Shown here: one piece after another, positions 59,201-64,000 of the stretch
How the letters are laid out: each line of letters begins with the position of its first letter
Position numbering within the stretch: the first letter of the stretch is position 1
From: Phoronis australis
Taxonomy: Eukaryota; Animalia; Phoronida
Direction: 5' to 3'
DNA length: 64,000 nt
Assembly: GCA_002633005.1 (NCBI GenBank)
Contig: NMRA01000341.1
Span: 389,474 to 453,473 of the forward strand
The notes under the pieces: model-generated
Told to the model about the DNA's origin: nothing
What the model saw: the letters and a program-made list of their open reading frames with translations, nothing else
The model's database searches: none
Translations under genes and position numbers: made by a program

Positions 59201-62200
59201 TATACGCAAATGCTTTTCTCGGGAAGTTACACCTGTCGGAAATTGAAACTGTCATGTTAAAAGCAGACGCCGTTAACTTTTAAAGGCTAATAAAGTAATC
59301 CGTTTGATTTATGTATTTAATATTGCCCACGCAAGAAAGGTTTGGTTGACACTTCAGTTCCCAGGATAAATTCGTCTAATAACAACTGATTATCCTCCTC
59401 CACGTCTGTAATCTGAAAACTGACACTTACTCGCTAAAACCTAACTCAGGTTTCCCGGGCTCACAGCATAACCTTGGCAGTGTTCCCATAGGCGTAAGAA
59501 CCCAACGACGCCATAATTGAAATGGGCCCCTTCCCCCACTAAACAGGGACGTAGGAACCGCGTGGATGACGTGGAAGAGTACATGTAAGTGCACCAGGCG
59601 CGAGACTGAAACTGTCGTGGTCACCGGCATAGCGATGGTCACCGGCATAGTGTGGCCAACGGCGTGGGGTTGGGGGGTTTGTGGGGAAGGCAGACGGAAT
59701 TGAGAAAAGAAAGACACTGCGAAAGAAGTGGAATAGAGAACAGCTTAGAGACCAGTGCCGGGTCCTGGCTGCTCCAGTATTAAAAAATGTCGTTTCGCCT
59801 GCGCTCACTTCAGTAAAATGTACTCCTTTCATACCTATCTCATGGAAAAGTCAGAGAAAACTTTGTTATGCATATGTTTTCCAGACCAAATTGATTCTAA
59901 AGACAATTCTTAGAAATGCTGTATTCAGGGACACCCTCTGGCACGGGATATTGGAATATCTGTCGCTTGCTTTTTCTACTTTTTAAATAGTCTGTTGTTT
60001 TATGTAAATCCCAGCACTTGGAGGGGGTCCGCTGATAACACCTATGACTACATTTTCTTGTTTTATTGATATGTCTAAAAACTTTGGAGCCACTCCCGGA
60101 GGGGATAGCAGTGATGGGATCACGATTAGTTACATCTCTTTCCCTGTATTTTGTCAAGTCATACATAACGTAGTTTGTTAAGGAAGCTACCTCGACAGCA
60201 AAAGAAGCGTAACCCGATAATGGAATCAACCGTCAATCTTTTATCCAATAATTCTAAAAGTTATAACTTTTTGGGCAGCATGGCTTTCATATCAAGCAAC
60301 CACTTCTCGAGTGGGGGAGGTCCGGTGCAATGGCGTATTTGCACCATATAAATCTAGTAGAATAAACTTTTTGAGAGATGAAGTGAAAAAAATTCAAATT
60401 GGCCATGGAAACCACAGAATATGTTTATTGGAAGCACAGCAGCATCAATAAATTGGGATCAAACACCCTTAAACGTGAGATCACTCTCCAAAAAAAACAA
60501 AACAAAACAAAATAGTATTGACTGGAATCAAATGAATAAAGATCTTGGACCACTATTTGTGAATTACAAAACCAAAATTCAGGTCCCTTTCATAACGATA
60601 CAAGTGTCGGTCCTTTTTCAAAATAGATGCAACAATAGTATTTCTTTTGGAGGTCGTTATTAGGAAAACATTTTTAATGAAGACGGAGTTGTGCTCACGA
60701 AACTCAACGTTTTAGGTTTTTGATGACGGCGCATTGCACACAAGTCTAACGAATTAATGTGGTCAAAATGCATTTGCTGGCAATCGTAAACAAACAGTTC
60801 TGAGATATTTTGGAGTGCAAATTTAACTCATCAACCGTGACTGGTATAAATCAAAATCCTAGTTAAAACGAATAGATTCCAAAAATTTCTTGAGGAGGGC
60901 CCCAAATCCCCGGTGGTACACTCCGTCTCCCGTGCTGTCCCAGTTGCTTGTCACAGGTGGATGTACGATGTATTTACCAAAACTCCATCGGGTATTGCGT
61001 AAAATCTCTCACTGTAAACAACGGATTCGAAAATGTCTTAAAACTGAACAACCGGCTGTCCATCTAGAAATCGTATGACTCTAGTTTCATGTTGTGTTGG
61101 CGCGTCATGTCCCAACATATCAGGGATATTTCCAGAATGTCTATGTACGAAAAACGATAGGTTCATAGACGATTGTTTACTGTACAGTATAATAAGCTAG
61201 TCTAGGTAAGAAACTGACGATGCTTCATTGAACTTTGATGCAAGCTGAAATTCATGAAAGATCTCCATCCCTCCTTCCCAATATCAAAGTGATGGTTTTT
61301 GCAAATATGAAATATCCTTCTAAGAATTTTGACGTACATGTATCATGATGAGATTTGGGCAGTTAATTTACTTGTGGGCGCCCGGGGAGTCAGCCAATAA
61401 AACCCAGGAGCCTCTTTTCCTCACGGGATTTTGAAGCAGCTCATTAAGCAGTAATTCAGGGACACCACGAATGGATACTTTCAAAGTGTACCCTGATAAA
61501 GAGAATATTTACCTTAGGCCTCGTTTTTACTCTCTGAAATAGACGTAACTATGAGACGAAGTTTCTGACACGATGTTCCATCTACACTGTGCTCATTCCG
61601 AGGGGAAATGGTTTCTCCCCGCATTTCTCCGGATTTCGCAGCTCGCGTTAATGGTTTCTTTCGTTACTTTTGTACCCATTTGAGAATGAGTTTGGCACCA
61701 CATCTTTCTGGTATCTTTTATAATTTATTAAAAGATACCACCTTAAGAAAAAAAACATGTCCTAACTGCACAACCGCGTAACATACTCAGGTTTACTAAG
61801 TGACCATTCCTCACGAAATATAGTGTGAATACCCAAGTTTCTGACAGGCTCGGCTGCCTCTGTGGGAATATCTCTGAAACAGCCACTGAAACTGTGTATT
61901 GGAGTATACATGTACTAAAACTTGTGTCCACAAAGGCGCAGATGGAGGTAAAACGTGTATCGATTGGGGATGAAGGGGTGTGAAATGAGAGTCCATAACT
62001 GGAAAACTGGAGTGGACCGAGTCTGGTGTACATGTAGGATTGCTCTCACCATTGTTTTGCGCTCCACCCAATAACTTCCATCGTTCACGTAAGTCTCTTG
62101 CGTCTACGGAAGGGCATGCGTACCTGTTTAAAGGACGTCATTTTTACGGCCGAAAACGCATTTCGAGAATACTGTTGGATTGAATAGACTTCTTGAAGCT

Positions 62201-63129
62201 ATATTATACTTTGACTAGAGCTATAAAGCAATAAAATCCGTTGTGCTTCGTGATTTTATTGCAAATTGCCAGTTCCCGCCGTTGTCAGCCAGACATTCAC
62301 TGAAATCGAGACCAACTAGTGGAGTTAGCATCGTCAGCAGAATGTTTGGAGCGACCGCGAAGGTTCGTTGATCGAATCCGCGCATGGGCTGAAAAACGAT
62401 GTTGCGTAGTTAAAAAGCAACAACTTTCTCAGAGAGAGTACAGGCATATGTTTCCTCTTCGAAAACAATTTAATAGTAGCGATGCCGTCACATTTTTATG
62501 TGAATTTCAACAACTGTTCTGTGATTTTCGCTGGAGAGTTACATGTAACAGGATTGAAGAAACAGCAATAAGTTTTGCACAGATTATACATTTTATTGAA
62601 AGTAATTTTGTGATTGCAAAATAGTTCACAAAAAGTGGTCCGCGAGAAATTTCGAAGTTCGGCGCATTCATAAAGAGAAAGTTTAGTGATCTTGATAGAG
62701 AGAAGATATGTCATTATTATAATATTGAATAGATGGAATCAAAAATACAGTGTCTTCTCGAGTGTAATATGTATTCAAATTTTGATAAGGTGTGCGAAAA
62801 AGTATGCAGGGACTACATTAATGACGTCATAGGTCATCAGGTCAACACTAATGACAACAGAAATATACGAATATTTGTCGTCTGCTCTGTCAAAATGGCT
62901 GATAAATTCATTGAAGGAAGTTTCAGTGACCTACCTAAAGGCGGGGGGCAGGGAGCGGGGGGTGAACAGCCCCGGGTAATATCCTATTAGGGGTCTTACT
63001 CTAAACTATCACGCCCTTGGCAACGGCTAAAGATGACAAAAACGTAGTCCTTTTATCTTACACTGACTATAGGAATAGTGTTATATCATCAAGTGTCACT
63101 CAAGAAATCCCTCGTGAGTACCGCTGATG

Positions 63130-63720
63130 GTACCAATATTCTAAAGGCATGCCTGTTTTGGTGTGTTCGTGCAGGGTTTGGCGCACAGGTTTGGCAACCG
63201 TAATGTAATGCATGTGGCGACCAGACTGTTCAACTTTCTCTACTTACTCTTACATTGTAGCAACTCGCGCAATAATACGGGGTCAACAGTGTTTTTTCAA
63301 TGTCACAATTTTGCTGTGCAAGCCGTAACTTCACGTTCAATCTCCTCAAAAATGCCAAAACACAAGGAATTGGTAGCAGCCGTCGACAAACCAAACAAAA
63401 ATGGCGAGACAGTGCAGAGACTGTTGGATGTAACTTTGTTTTTGGCAATGCAAAACTGACTATTCCGAGGCCACCCTGAGTACGACCCGTCCTCGAACAG
63501 GGGCAATTTTTAGAACTCCACACAATGTTATCAAACTCTATTTGGTGACGTTGGCCGGGAGCAATGTGTCTCCTCAGATACAGAATGAATTTATGTTCGA
63601 TCATGTAAGGGGAAAATACTGAACGAAATTACATGTAAGTCAGCCGAATACTAGGGAATGATGTTTGACAGTAAACCTGACGAAACCCACGTAGACCAAA
63701 TATTGTAAATCATCATGCGT
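63130..63720 (+). pseudogene. Decayed hAT (ZMYM1/DUF4371, Tip100/Zaphod-type) transposase
   Basis: Across stops and frameshifts: QRLLDVTLFLAMQN*LFRGHPEYDPSSNRGNF/LEL...SPQIQNEF...KILNEI(TC)KSAEY*GMMFDSKPDETHVDQ, the LAFRG / NxGNF / SPxIQNE / DSTPDxSHxDQ motif series. Confidence 0.85.
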
Positions 63721-64000
63721 GGAAATGGGGCTATTTGGAAAATCTACAATAACTAGAGGGCGTGCGTGTACTAGTGGTGATAGATTAACAACCTCGATTT
63801 CGCGAGCCCTTTAAATACATGTACATGTACATGGTGAAATGGTTTGTAGCCGTGCCAACTGAATCTGAGATTGCGTAAAAAGGGTGCTTCTAAGAGAGGA
63901 AGTAAGCAGACCTCATACAAAGGTAAGGTTTGTGATTATTTTAACGCTGATTCCATGATTATTCTACCGATGCCTGTTAACTGAGGTACTCGCCGCAGTC

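Noticed and set aside
59427-59832. GC-rich ORFs on - ending near a GTAAGT donor
   Set aside because: No recognisable protein; the region contains MITE-like ends and an 18-bp duplication

Overview
Eukaryotic (invertebrate, probably lophotrochozoan) genomic DNA, AT-rich and repeat-rich, with one 12-N assembly gap; most listed ORFs are spurious. Two spliced genes lie tail-to-tail. (1) On +, a 5'-incomplete SEC14L2-type CRAL-TRIO+GOLD gene with 9 GT-AG exons (5394-16282) that closely resembles cephalopod retinal-binding protein (RALBP). (2) On -, a four-EF-hand calmodulin-like gene with 5 exons found (33924-20286); its ATG-only first exon is not securely placed. The rest is intron and intergenic DNA full of non-autonomous DNA transposons: two elements with Academ/AcademH-type ends and 9-bp target duplications (one holding THAP-like and RecQ-helicase-like relics), a decayed hAT transposase, a Tc1/mariner-type element, a near-perfect foldback, tRNA-like segments embedded in repeats, several dispersed repeat families, 17-bp and 58-bp tandem arrays, and a strong excess of TACATGTA that looks like Tc1/mariner excision footprints. 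All homology calls come from recognised motifs, not database searches.
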